A stretch of 64,000 nt of DNA, from contig JBIPSI010000018.1 of assembly GCA_044070495.1 (NCBI GenBank), positions 48,120 through 112,119 of the forward strand. The letters are read 5' to 3'. Below are positions 40,366 through 50,475 of the stretch, in pieces. Source of the DNA: Spirulina sp. (GTDB taxonomy: Bacteria > Cyanobacteriota > Cyanobacteriia > Phormidesmidales > Phormidesmidaceae). The notes under the pieces were generated by a model. The model worked only from the letters and a program-made list of their open reading frames with translations, did no database searches and had not been told where the DNA came from. How positions within the stretch are numbered: position 1 is the stretch's first letter; every line of letters starts with the position of its first letter. Both the position numbers and the translations under genes were made by a program.

Positions 40366-43005
40366 CTACAGCCAATTGCCCACCAGCACCAGGGGAGCCC
40401 ACTTACCCGGTAGCAGGTTAGGATTGTCCCGAATCGCCTGGATTTGCGCCTTCTGAAGCGCCTGGGCCTTATTTAGGGTGGGATCCTTCAACAAGCGGTA
40501 AAAGTCTTGGGTGATGGTGGCCGTCGCTCGATCCTCCACCTGCCACAAAGAGGCAATGGCACTGCGCGCCCCCGCCCGAATGGCCACCCCCGCCAAGCCC
40601 AAGGTAGCCCGATCATCGCCGATGGCAGTTTCGCAGGCCGTTAGCACGACCAGGTCAATCTGCTGATTGTCGTCGGTGCTGGCGCGAATGAAGGATTCGA
40701 GCTGACCAAAGGTGACCTTTTCGCCCTGGCCCGTAATGATGAAATTGTTGTCGGGGTCGGGGCTAAAGAGGCCGTGGGTGGCCAGGTGCACAATGGGATA
40801 GGGGGTGGCTTGCAACGCCTGCTGAAGCTGCCGTTTGCTGAAATCTTGATCGAGGAAGACCTGACTGCCCGGTAACTGAGCCACCACCGATGCCACCTCG
40901 GTGGGCACATAGGCTAAGGCTGAAAACACCTGATCCCCCACCGCCACCTCCTGGCTAATGCCCAGCACCAACGCCTGTAAATTTTCGGGTCGCAGGGTGG
41001 GGGCGGCGGTGAGGGTGAGGGCTGGAGTCGTTGCAATTGCATACTTTTCAATCAAGAATTGCTGGCCATCATGGAGTGCGGCCATCGGCACACTGCGTAA
41101 AAAACCATCGTGAATGAAGACGAGAGTATTGATTTTCGCCTCCTCCAGGGCCGGGGCTAACGGCTCAATGATTTGCCCATAAAGTTGTTCGGCAATCGTG
41201 GTGTCAAAGGGTTCTGTATACAAATTCTCCAAGCCCACTCGAAAATCGATTACAGTTGCTTGCAACTGCTGGCTGTCATCAATCCAAATAAGTTGGGGTA
41301 ATTGATTGGGAATGTTTGCAATCAGGGCGGTGCGGTCGGGAAACACCACCGAGCTAATCACGGCGGTTTGGCTACTCTGGGCCAAGAGATCCACTCGTGC
41401 CCCGGCCACGGGATTAAGGATGCAGTCGTTACCAAAGTAGTTTTGCAGTTCCGCCAGTCGTAGGGTATCGGCGGTTTCTAGGGCCTCCTCCAGCAGCGCC
41501 GGATTGGCCGAGGTGGGAGCATCCCCCTGCTTGGTTGCCACCAGGGGCGCATCCACCGCCGCCGCCAACTGAAGCTCAATCAACTCGCGATAGATGGGGG
41601 CCACGGTGTCGCGAAAGTCGAACTGTACGTCTTGATCGGCCACCAAAATTTCGGTACGCAGAGAATCGAGGGTGGTCACCGCCTGGTTGTAGGCCGCCAG
41701 GGACGCCGGATTGTCGCCCTGCCGTCGGTAAATGCGGCCCGCCTGCCACTGCCATAGGTAAAGGCTATCGGCGGATCCAGCCTCTTGGAGTGCCTTCACC
41801 TGGGCCTGCTGGGTCAGCGCCAGGGCGGCATTGAGATCCCCCTGACACTCGGCCAAATGCCCCAATTCACCCAGCGCAAAGGACTCAGACCGCGCATCGC
41901 CAATTTGGGCGGCAATGGCGAATCCGCGTTCCAGCCACCGACGAGCCTGGGCCTCCTGCCCTGGCACAACGCAGCGAAAGGCGGTGTTGACGGGCTGGTA
42001 GGATCGCCCTAGAGCAATGGATCCGTAGGCTAGGTCGCGGCTGGCGGGCCGTTGATCGATCAGCGCCCCCAACCGCTGGCGGGTTGAGGCCACCGCTGCC
42101 GAGTTGTTCTGGCGGCGATAAATGGGCAGCAGATTCAGCAGGGTTTGAAACTCTCCCCCTGGGTTGGCCTGCCGTTGGGCCACGGCGAGGGCGTTCTCAA
42201 AATGCGCCTGGGCCTGGGCTTCATACCCCTGAGCGACCTGGAAAAACTCGTCCCCAATGTCTACTAGGCCAATCTGGTTGGCCCCATCGGCGCGACGAAA
42301 ATTTACCTGGGACTGGCGACTGGCAATACTGCCCAGACTATTCAGCATCGGCACCTCAAAGGAGGCATACGCGGGATCCTCCGCCAAGGCCAGCCCCAGC
42401 TGCAAAAACGCCTCCGCCTCTGCATAGTCGCCCTGGAGCCGATAGGCCTCCCCCAAACTGCCGAGGGTCGCCATTTGCCCCAGGGTGTCGTTGGCCGCCA
42501 TGGCCATGGGGAGAGCCGAACCGGGTTCGCAGTCGTCCACCTGAGTTCCGGCCTTAGGCAAGCACAGCAGCGCAATGGCCCGCCGCTGCTGCCCCAACCC
42601 CAGATACACCTGCGCTTGCTCCGTCAGCATCCGCCCCACCTGGGCTGGCTGGCCCAGGTGGCGATACAGCGCTTCCGCCGCCGCCCAAGCCTGAAGGGCC
42701 GCTGTGGTTTGGCCAAGCTGCTGATAGGCCCTAGCTAAGTTCTCCTGCACAATGGCCTGATCGCCCGATGAATCACCGGGGGGATAGGCTTCCAGCGCCG
42801 CCCGCCAGCGCTCCACCGCCCCCTGATAATCCCCAGCCTGGTACCGCGACACCCCCTCCTGCACCCACTGCGCCGGGGTCGCCGCCTGGGCCGGAGATGC
42901 CCCTACCCACCCTAGCGCCTGCCCCAACAGCAACGCCAGGGCCAGCCCTAGCCCGAACAACACACTCAGCCAACCGCGCCCAAGGCGACGAAGACGTGGG
43001 GACAT
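40366..43005 (-). CDS. Exported TPR plus CHAT (caspase/HetF-like) protease
   Basis: Signal peptide ending AQA; TPRs; YLWQWQAGR, LRLAELQNYF..C, HLATHG (catalytic His), LTACETA.GD (catalytic Cys), ASLWQV.D, WAP.VLVGNWL. Confidence 0.92.
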   Translation of the reverse strand: MSPRLRRLGRGWLSVLFGLGLALALLLGQALGWVGASPAQAATPAQWVQEGVSRYQAGDYQGAVERWRAALEAYPPGDSSGDQAIVQENLARAYQQLGQTTAALQAWAAAEALYRHLGQPAQVGRMLTEQAQVYLGLGQQRRAIALLCLPKAGTQVDDCEPGSALPMAMAANDTLGQMATLGSLGEAYRLQGDYAEAEAFLQLGLALAEDPAYASFEVPMLNSLGSIASRQSQVNFRRADGANQIGLVDIGDEFFQVAQGYEAQAQAHFENALAVAQRQANPGGEFQTLLNLLPIYRRQNNSAAVASTRQRLGALIDQRPASRDLAYGSIALGRSYQPVNTAFRCVVPGQEAQARRWLERGFAIAAQIGDARSESFALGELGHLAECQGDLNAALALTQQAQVKALQEAGSADSLYLWQWQAGRIYRRQGDNPASLAAYNQAVTTLDSLRTEILVADQDVQFDFRDTVAPIYRELIELQLAAAVDAPLVATKQGDAPTSANPALLEEALETADTLRLAELQNYFGNDCILNPVAGARVDLLAQSSQTAVISSVVFPDRTALIANIPNQLPQLIWIDDSQQLQATVIDFRVGLENLYTEPFDTTIAEQLYGQIIEPLAPALEEAKINTLVFIHDGFLRSVPMAALHDGQQFLIEKYAIATTPALTLTAAPTLRPENLQALVLGISQEVAVGDQVFSALAYVPTEVASVVAQLPGSQVFLDQDFSKRQLQQALQATPYPIVHLATHGLFSPDPDNNFIITGQGEKVTFGQLESFIRASTDDNQQIDLVVLTACETAIGDDRATLGLAGVAIRAGARSAIASLWQVEDRATATITQDFYRLLKDPTLNKAQALQKAQIQAIRDNPNLLPGKWAPLVLVGNWL

Positions 43006-43145
43006 GGAAACGGCACCTCAGCCAACGTAGGATACAGATTTTTAAGCCCAGTTCCAGTATTCTAAGTAATTACAATGAGGTCTCAGTATTCGCTCAGTGT
43101 TTACAGCTAGCTTTCAGGGTACCAGAGGTCTACCACGGAGGGAGG

Positions 43146-46100
43146 ATGCCAGGGTACAAAAGGAACCGTTGGCCGCTCAGATTGCTCGTTTTAGGGGTTG
43201 TGGGGGGCGCTAGCGGCCTCGTCCTGCCCAAAGCGGCCCTCGCCCAAAACGCCATCACCCCCGATGCCACCCTCGGCGGCGAGGCATCTCAGGTATTTGC
43301 CTTTCCTTTCTTCCCTACCCTAGACTTCATCCAAGGTGGTGCGCTCCGAGGCACCAACCTCTTCCACAGCTTTGAGCAGTTCAGCATTGGCGAGGGTTTC
43401 GCCGCTTATTTTGTCGCCCCCACGGTAGATACCGCCAATATCTTTGCCCGTGTTACGGGGGGCAATCCATCGGAAATCTTGGGTCTTTTGGGAACCGTTC
43501 AGGCGGACTTCTCACCCTCTGCGGCCAACCTATTTTTGCTCAACCCCAACGGCATTCTCTTTGGCCCTGGGGCCAGCTTGGATATTGGCGGTTCCTTTGT
43601 TGCCACCACCGCCGATGCTATTCAGTTTGGCGATCAGGGAATCTTTAGCGCCCTAGTTCCAGAGTCAGATAACTTATTAGAAATTAATCCATCAGCCCTG
43701 TGGTTTAGCGGTCTTACTGCACCAAAAAATATTGAAGTTCGTGGCGATTCACCTGTCAATCTGGTTACCTTGCGAGTCTTAGAAGAACGAAACCTAACTC
43801 TGATTGGAGGCAACATCAATTTCGATTATGGACAATTATTTACCCCAGGAGGACGAACCAATATTGTGGCGTTAGCCGCAGGCGGTATCGTAGAACTCAA
43901 CAACCTAGACAGTTCATTAGCCGTACCCGCAATGAGTCAGCGGGCCGATGTAGTATTCAATAATTCATCCGCTATAAACGCCGTGTCGGGCGGCGGCGGA
44001 GATATTTCTATCATTGCCGACAATGTGACTATCTCTAATTCTAGCGGGATTTTTACAGGTATAGGCCCTAATCTTGGTGATGATGAAAGCCAATCTGGAG
44101 ATATTCGTGTTGACGCAAGCGGAACTGTCACTGTTCTCAATAATAGCTTCATTGGCAATGCCGTATTGGGTCAGGGGAGGGGTGGCGGCATTATCGTTCA
44201 GGCTCAGGACATTTCGATGATCAATGGTAGCCAAATTTCGGCGGCAGGCATTGGAACCGGCAGCGTTGGCAATGTTACTCTTGAGGCCACTGAAAATATA
44301 TCTCTGTCGGGGGTAGGAGTTAACGGAACACCGAGTGGTATTTTAAGCTCTGTGGCACAAAACGTTCCTGGGTTCGAGAACTTTCCTGGCCAGGGTGATA
44401 GTGGCAGTATTAACCTAAGAGCGACCAATCTAACTCTGTCGGATCGAGCCATAATATCTAGTTCTAGCGTATTTGCCCCAGGTCGCTCAGGTAATATCGA
44501 CGTTGTCGTCGATAGCTTCACCTTAAATGGAGGTGCTCAGCTTTTTAGCAGCACCTTCGGTGATGGAAATGCTGGTGACGTTTCGATTTCTACTCGATTG
44601 CTAACGGTGCAAGGCGGTAGCTCGATTCGGAGTGATACTTCTGGCTCAGGGCAGGGTGGATCTCTAATCATACGAGCAACGGAAGCCACTAATTTAATTG
44701 GGTCGGATCCCTCAGAAGCTGGAGGTGGAGGTAGCAGATTGTCCACAGAAGCAGCTAACTCCGGTGATGCAGGGCTACTGCGCTTAGAAACGGGACAATT
44801 AACATTACAAGATGGGGCTGGCATTGATGCCTCAACTTTTGGCTCTGGCTCAGCGGGAAGTGTTGAGATTACTGCTGATTCAATTTATCTAACGGGAGTT
44901 CGAGCTGATCGCCAATTTGCCAGCACCATTCGTAGTATTTCTGGCATTAGCTCAGATCTAATTCCTGCAACAGGAAATGCAGGCAATCTTTCGATTACTA
45001 CCCGCCTGCTTTCTGTGGAAGATGGTAGTTCCATTGAAACCGCAACCTATGGCGCAGGTCAAGGTGGAGCTTTGACCGTACGAGCCATAGAAACGATAGG
45101 GTTAATCGGTTCAGGTTCTCTAACTACTGGGGATACGAGTAGTGGGCTTGCCACTCAAACCTTTGGATCTGGCAATGCAGGCCAATTTAGATTATACGTA
45201 GGAGAACTTAGTCTTCAAGACGGAGCGGGTATTAGCACCTCCACCTTCGATGCGGGCAATGCAGGAAGTCTTGAAATCAATGCAGACTCCATTCGTCTGA
45301 CAGGGATTCGGGCCGATCAAAACTTTTCTAGCAGTATCCGAAGTATTGCTGGGGTTACCTTTGAGGGTATCCCAGCAACGGGCAATGCAGGTAACCTTTC
45401 TATCAACACTCGATTGCTCAGTGTGGAGGATGGAGGCTCCATCCAAACCACAACTGCTGGCCCAGGGCGGGGTGGGAATTTAGTGGTAGATGTCACGGAA
45501 AAAACGGAGTTGATTGGCTCTGGTTCACTCACCACTGGAGTTGCAAGTAGTGGATTATCTACGGGCACGACGGGTTCTGGTGATGCAGGCTTGTTAAGCC
45601 TTTCTACCGGGCAACTGATCGTGCGGGATGGGGCTACGGTGAACGCCTCGACCTTTGGCGGTTCCGGCTCGGCTGGAAATTTATCGATAACGGCAGACTC
45701 GATTCATTTATCAGGTATTCGATCAGATCTGCAATTTGCAAGCACTATCCAAAGCATTTCTGGCTTTAGTCCTGATTTTGTTCCTGCAACGGGCAACGCA
45801 GGCAATCTTTCCATCTCTACCCGGTTGCTGACTGTGGAAGATGGCGGATCTATTGAAACGGCAACCTATGGCCCAGGACAGGGCGGCGATCTAACCATAA
45901 ACGCAACGGAAGCTGTAAATTTAACGGGTTCAGGTGCTCTGTCCTTTAGAACGATCAGTAGCGGACTAGGCACCCAAGCCTTCGGTGCTGGCAATGCGGG
46001 TAATTTGCGATTAGCAACAGAGCAACTCACCATTCAGGACGGAGCGGGGATGAGTACCTCCACCTTTGGCGGTTCAGGCTCGGCGGGAAATCTCACGGTT

Positions 46101-47201
46101 GATGCAGACTCTATTCGTCTCATTGGCGTTCGATCTGACGGACAATTTCCCAGCAGCATTCAAAGTGTTGCTGGCCTTAACTTTGATCTCACTCCCTCCA
46201 CAGGTAATGCAGGCGATCTTTCCATCAACACACGGTTGCTGACCCTGGAAAATGGGGGATCGATTCAAACCACAACCTCTGGCCCAGGGCGGGGGGGAGC
46301 GCTGAACATAAGAGCCACGGAAGCGGTGGAATTAACGGGAACAGGTTTTCTCGTTACCAGCCCCTTTGCTGGCCCCCTTGGCAGCAATCTGTTTACGGGT
46401 ACCTTTGGCGAGGGCAATGCGGGGCCACTGAATCTGCAAACGGATCAACTGCGATTGCGGGATGGCGGCGTTATTTCCACCCGCAGCGAAAGTGCTGGGC
46501 GGGGAGGAGACATTAGCCTGACGGTCAGCCACCTAGACATGGTGAATGGCACCCTCGAAACCGAGGCCCCGTTTTCCCAAGGGGGAAACATAAGCGTCAA
46601 CACCAGCCGCAACGGCACCACGGGGTTGATTACCCTGCGCGGCGACAGCGACATTACCACTAACAGCTTTGGCCGTGGTGGCAACATCACCCTGAACGGC
46701 ATTGTTATTGCCTTTGATGACAGCGATATTCTGGCCCGTTCTGAGGATGCAGCGGGGGGCAACATTACCCTGGGGCCATTTTTTAGCGATACCTTGCCCG
46801 TGGGAGCCATTTCACCCACCGAAAATAATAACCGAGTGGATGTGAGCGCAGCGGGGCGGTTGGCCGATGGGAACATTACCCTGCCGAATCTCAGCTTCAT
46901 TGAAAATAGCCTTGCCAGTTTGCAGGAGGTGACGGTGGATCCTAACCTGCTAACGGCGGGAAGCTGCATCGCCCGCAGCCCTGGCAATCAAGCTTCCTTC
47001 GTGGTCACGGGGAGTGGTGGTCTGCCAGTGCAGCCTGGGGATAACGTGATTTCCGCCTATCCCACGGGGGCTGTTCAAACCCTGCCAGGGGCCGATCCGC
47101 CAGCCGTTTGGCAACCGGGGGATCCCATCGTGGAGCCAACGGGGGTGTTTGCGTTGCCCAATGGTCGCCTTGTGCTTGCGCGGGCCTGTGATGATGAATA
47201 A
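43146..47201 (+). CDS. Filamentous-haemagglutinin-family TpsA exoprotein 2
   Basis: ATG 43146 after GGAGGGAGG; signal peptide ending ALA-Q; TPS domain (NLFHSF, RVTGGNPS, LNPNG); about 136-aa repeats; same Cys-bracketed C-terminus as TpsA1. Confidence 0.9.
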   Translation: MPGYKRNRWPLRLLVLGVVGGASGLVLPKAALAQNAITPDATLGGEASQVFAFPFFPTLDFIQGGALRGTNLFHSFEQFSIGEGFAAYFVAPTVDTANIFARVTGGNPSEILGLLGTVQADFSPSAANLFLLNPNGILFGPGASLDIGGSFVATTADAIQFGDQGIFSALVPESDNLLEINPSALWFSGLTAPKNIEVRGDSPVNLVTLRVLEERNLTLIGGNINFDYGQLFTPGGRTNIVALAAGGIVELNNLDSSLAVPAMSQRADVVFNNSSAINAVSGGGGDISIIADNVTISNSSGIFTGIGPNLGDDESQSGDIRVDASGTVTVLNNSFIGNAVLGQGRGGGIIVQAQDISMINGSQISAAGIGTGSVGNVTLEATENISLSGVGVNGTPSGILSSVAQNVPGFENFPGQGDSGSINLRATNLTLSDRAIISSSSVFAPGRSGNIDVVVDSFTLNGGAQLFSSTFGDGNAGDVSISTRLLTVQGGSSIRSDTSGSGQGGSLIIRATEATNLIGSDPSEAGGGGSRLSTEAANSGDAGLLRLETGQLTLQDGAGIDASTFGSGSAGSVEITADSIYLTGVRADRQFASTIRSISGISSDLIPATGNAGNLSITTRLLSVEDGSSIETATYGAGQGGALTVRAIETIGLIGSGSLTTGDTSSGLATQTFGSGNAGQFRLYVGELSLQDGAGISTSTFDAGNAGSLEINADSIRLTGIRADQNFSSSIRSIAGVTFEGIPATGNAGNLSINTRLLSVEDGGSIQTTTAGPGRGGNLVVDVTEKTELIGSGSLTTGVASSGLSTGTTGSGDAGLLSLSTGQLIVRDGATVNASTFGGSGSAGNLSITADSIHLSGIRSDLQFASTIQSISGFSPDFVPATGNAGNLSISTRLLTVEDGGSIETATYGPGQGGDLTINATEAVNLTGSGALSFRTISSGLGTQAFGAGNAGNLRLATEQLTIQDGAGMSTSTFGGSGSAGNLTVDADSIRLIGVRSDGQFPSSIQSVAGLNFDLTPSTGNAGDLSINTRLLTLENGGSIQTTTSGPGRGGALNIRATEAVELTGTGFLVTSPFAGPLGSNLFTGTFGEGNAGPLNLQTDQLRLRDGGVISTRSESAGRGGDISLTVSHLDMVNGTLETEAPFSQGGNISVNTSRNGTTGLITLRGDSDITTNSFGRGGNITLNGIVIAFDDSDILARSEDAAGGNITLGPFFSDTLPVGAISPTENNNRVDVSAAGRLADGNITLPNLSFIENSLASLQEVTVDPNLLTAGSCIARSPGNQASFVVTGSGGLPVQPGDNVISAYPTGAVQTLPGADPPAVWQPGDPIVEPTGVFALPNGRLVLARACDDE

Positions 47202-48909
47202 GTTCTCCCTCTGGATGGTGTGGCTATTGCGCTTTGGGTTAGGTGGCCTAGTGCTGGGGATGGCAGTTTGGGCAGGGGTGGCCCAAGCTCAAACGTTGCC
47301 GCCCCTGCCCGATCTCACCGAACCCACGCGGCCTGCGCCCCTGCCGCCCGTTTCGCCACCGCCCCAGCCAGAGGTTCCCCTAGAGGTGCCCCCCACGACC
47401 GAACCCAGCCCGCCCACCGTGCCCCCCGATCTTGAGGAAATGCGCTTTTTAATCGAGCGCATTGAGGTGTTGGGGAATACGGTGCTGGAGGCCGAAATTG
47501 ACGCCCTAACGCAACCCCTAGAGGGGACAGAGCTATCCCTTGGCGACCTGCTCAAGCTGCGTACCGACATCACCAGCCTCTACGGCCAGAACGGCTATGT
47601 GACCTCAGGGGCGTTTTTGCCCACCAACCAGGATTTGACCACCGGGGTCGTGCAAATTCAGGTGATTGAGGGACGTCTGGAGGCGATTCAGGTGAACGGG
47701 CTAACCCGCCTCAGGGAGGCCTACGTTCGGGATCGGGTGGCCCTGGCGGCGCAGCCTCCCCTGAATTTGCCACGGCTGGAGGAGTCCCTGCGACTGTTGC
47801 AAATTGACCCCCTGCTGGATCAGGTCAATGCGGAACTAACGGCGGGCAGCGGCCCTGGCCAAGACTTGCTGATTCTCGATCTCGCCGAGGCGGACCCCTT
47901 TACCCTGGGGTTCACCCTCGACAATGCCCGTTCCGCCAGTACCGGATCGGTGCAGATCGAGGCCCTGGCCCTCCACCGCAATGTGTGGGGGTTGGGCGAC
48001 TTTGCCAGTCTGCGCTATGGCCACACCCAGGGTCTCGATCTCTACGAACTGCGCTACGGCGTGCCCCTCAATGCCTACGATGGGGTGCTCCAGGTGCGCT
48101 ACGAAAGCGCCAATAGCCGCATCATTACGCCCCAGTTTGTGGATGTGGGCATTCGCAACGAAAGCGAAACCCTGGCCCTATCGTTTCGCCAACCCCTCAC
48201 CCGCTCGATTCGGGAGGAATGGGCGCTGGGCCTCGCCTTTGATCTGCGCGAAAGCCGTAGCTTTATCCTCAACGACATCCCCTTTTCCTTTTCCGTAGGG
48301 CCAGAAAATGGGGTGTCTCGGGTGAGTGCACTGCGGTTTTCCCAGGAATGGCTGCGGCGGGATGTGACGCGGGTACTGGCGGCGCGGTCGCAGTTTAGTT
48401 TGGGCCTAGACCTGTTTAATGCCACCGTCAACAATACGGGTACCGATGGGCGGTTTTTGGCGTGGCTGGGGCAATTTCAGTGGGTGGAGCAACTGCCCCC
48501 AGGGTGGCTTTTGGTGAGTCGGGTGAATGCTCAGCTCACCCCCGATTCGCTGCTGCCGCTGGAGCGCTTTAGCCTGGGGGGGCCAGATACGGTGCGTGGC
48601 TATGGCCAAAACCAGATCGTGACCGATAATGCGGTGCTAGGTTCCATTGAGCTGCGCATTCCCCTGTCAGCCCGTCCCAACGAGCTTCAGATCATCCCCT
48701 TTTTGGATGCGGGCACTGGGTGGAACAATCAAACCGCCAACCCCAACCCCACGACCCTGGTGGGCACGGGGCTGGGTCTTCAGTGGCAACCCGTGGATGA
48801 CCTCAACCTTAACCTCACCTACGGGCTACCCTTGGTGGGCCTTCCCAACCGGGGCACCTCCCTGCAAGAGAACGGCTTCTACTTTTCCCTCACCTATCAG
48901 CCGTTTTAG
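47191..48909 (+). CDS. TpsB (ShlB/FhaC/HecB family) outer-membrane transporter
   Basis: Signal peptide; Pro-rich linker; POTRA (IEVLGNT, Y...GYVTSGA, IEGRLE); TVRGY motif; C-terminal Phe; start overlaps the TpsA2 stop. Confidence 0.92.
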   Translation: MMNKFSLWMVWLLRFGLGGLVLGMAVWAGVAQAQTLPPLPDLTEPTRPAPLPPVSPPPQPEVPLEVPPTTEPSPPTVPPDLEEMRFLIERIEVLGNTVLEAEIDALTQPLEGTELSLGDLLKLRTDITSLYGQNGYVTSGAFLPTNQDLTTGVVQIQVIEGRLEAIQVNGLTRLREAYVRDRVALAAQPPLNLPRLEESLRLLQIDPLLDQVNAELTAGSGPGQDLLILDLAEADPFTLGFTLDNARSASTGSVQIEALALHRNVWGLGDFASLRYGHTQGLDLYELRYGVPLNAYDGVLQVRYESANSRIITPQFVDVGIRNESETLALSFRQPLTRSIREEWALGLAFDLRESRSFILNDIPFSFSVGPENGVSRVSALRFSQEWLRRDVTRVLAARSQFSLGLDLFNATVNNTGTDGRFLAWLGQFQWVEQLPPGWLLVSRVNAQLTPDSLLPLERFSLGGPDTVRGYGQNQIVTDNAVLGSIELRIPLSARPNELQIIPFLDAGTGWNNQTANPNPTTLVGTGLGLQWQPVDDLNLNLTYGLPLVGLPNRGTSLQENGFYFSLTYQPF

Positions 48910-49009
48910 GGCCATGGGGCGAGAATCCTAGGGGCGAGGCCTCCTGGTTGGCCTAAACCGAGGGAGTCAGATGGGGGCTAGTATGATACTTTTTTCTGGG
49001 GTCGCGACT

Positions 49010-49047
49010 TTGCAGAAAAGTGCAACGCAACTGGCGACAAACTGACA
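49010..49047. promoter_or_regulatory. Tandem candidate operator sites upstream of the pseudokinase-regulator pair
   Basis: TTGCAG-AAAA-GTGCAA (49010-49025), then TGGCG-ACAAAC-TGACA starting 22 bp later. Confidence 0.5.
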
Positions 49048-49103
49048 GTTCATAGGGGCAAGACGCGCTTAAATTTAATGGGGTGTAATGCCCTGTACCC
49101 TTT

Positions 49104-49763
49104 TTGGCTGGTGTCTGGCCTATAGACACGGAGAAAGTCTCCTTGACTGAGCAATGGCGTTCCGCAACCGATTCAGCCCAGTTGTTGCGTTGGTGGCACC
49201 AGCATCAGGCCCGGTGGCTGGTGGGTGAAGCCGATGCGGTGCGTAATGGTATTTTGCAAGACCTGTTTGCCGTGCGGCGTCAGCTAGAAATGATGGCCGG
49301 AGACGACGCCCAGGCCCTTGCCACCATTGAACATCTGTATAGCGCTCTAGAGAACCTGGGGGATCGACTCAGTTCGCCCTACCTCTTCGAGTCGTTGCCC
49401 CTAGCCCTTCAGCACGCCCTCAAGCAATGGCCTGCGGATCTGGCCCTTGAGGTGAAGCTGCCCAGCCAATGGCCCAAGGAGCCGATGGAGCGCGTTACCC
49501 TGGTGCTCTCAGTGGTTGACCATATCCAACAAACCCTAGCGGCCCTATCGACCCAGCCCCAGACCGGCACCGTAGAACTAGCGGAAACCCAGGGCCACAG
49601 GCAGCTTACTATCGCTATTCACCTAAAACCGCTGTCCCAGGCTATCGAGGGCGAGCAATCCTTAGATTGGGCCTACCACCTCTCTACCTTTGAGGCCATC
49701 ACCGGTGGGCAGGCCCACTGCACGCACACGGGCTCCAGCGTAACCTGGCAACTGACCTGGTAG
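49104..49763 (+). CDS. Degenerate histidine-kinase-like protein lacking the phospho-His
   Basis: EADAVRNGILQDLF aligns with the HisKA_3 H-box but has R at the His position; SLPLAL and GHKL-like strand pattern without N/G boxes; start uncertain (TTG). Confidence 0.6.
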   Translation: MAGVWPIDTEKVSLTEQWRSATDSAQLLRWWHQHQARWLVGEADAVRNGILQDLFAVRRQLEMMAGDDAQALATIEHLYSALENLGDRLSSPYLFESLPLALQHALKQWPADLALEVKLPSQWPKEPMERVTLVLSVVDHIQQTLAALSTQPQTGTVELAETQGHRQLTIAIHLKPLSQAIEGEQSLDWAYHLSTFEAITGGQAHCTHTGSSVTWQLTW

Positions 49764-49812
49764 ATTACCCTTGTCCCAGCCTTGTCCCATTGTCGCAACC
49801 TCACCCAAGCCC

Positions 49813-50475
49813 ATGTCTAGCCCCCAGCCCCGCCAACAACTGCTTGTGGTTGATGACCACGAAGCCGTCCTCCATGGCACCATTGCCGCTCTCCAGCAAA
49901 CCTATCCCGATGCAGATATTCGCACGGCCCGTACCGCCCAGGAGGTCGAAACTAGCCTAGCGAGTGCCCTCCCTGCCCTAGTGGTGATGGACTTGTCCAT
50001 TCCCGAAAAGTCAGGGGATACGTCCCAAACCGAGACAGGAATTCGCCTGCTGCGGTTGCTGATGCAGCAATACCCAGACCTCAACATTGTGGTGCAGAGT
50101 GCCCATGTGAAGGCGCTGGTGCGACTAAAGCCCGCCATTGCCAACCACCAAGGCGGCTTCACCATCGTAGACAAAAACCTACCCCTGCGCGAAATGCTCA
50201 CCAAGGTAGACTGGGCCTTGCAGGGCATTATTTACACCCCCAAGGACATGCGGGCCACCCTAGAAATCAAACCCGAATGGCTAACGGTGCTTCAGTTGGC
50301 CTTTCAAGAGGGGCTGCAAGATAAAGCCATTGCCGAGCAAATGAACGTGGCCGAGCGCACCGTCCGCCACTACTGGACTAAGGTGCAAGACGCCCTAGAC
50401 GTCTACCCCGACCCCGGTAAAAACATTCGTATTCAAACCGAAATTCGTGCCCGCGAAGAGGGGCTGATTGATTAG
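49813..50475 (+). CDS. NarL/LuxR-family response regulator
   Basis: VVDDH, VMDLSIP, C-terminal HTH GLQDKAIAEQMNVAERTVRHY. Confidence 0.9.
   Translation: MSSPQPRQQLLVVDDHEAVLHGTIAALQQTYPDADIRTARTAQEVETSLASALPALVVMDLSIPEKSGDTSQTETGIRLLRLLMQQYPDLNIVVQSAHVKALVRLKPAIANHQGGFTIVDKNLPLREMLTKVDWALQGIIYTPKDMRATLEIKPEWLTVLQLAFQEGLQDKAIAEQMNVAERTVRHYWTKVQDALDVYPDPGKNIRIQTEIRAREEGLID

Noticed and set aside
40366..43005. CRISPR-associated (Craspase-type) or NLR-type anti-phage CHAT protease
   Set aside because: No cas genes, CRISPR array, gasdermin or NTPase nearby, and the protein has an export signal
42768..43145. 126-aa Pro-rich N-terminal extension of TpsA2 in the ORF track
   Set aside because: Overlaps the CHAT gene on the opposite strand; ATG 43146 has a ribosome-binding site and begins a proper signal peptide
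32538..48909. Contact-dependent inhibition (CdiBAI) toxin system
   Set aside because: No VENN-type junction, no variable toxin tip and no small immunity gene; the C-termini are conserved rather than polymorphic
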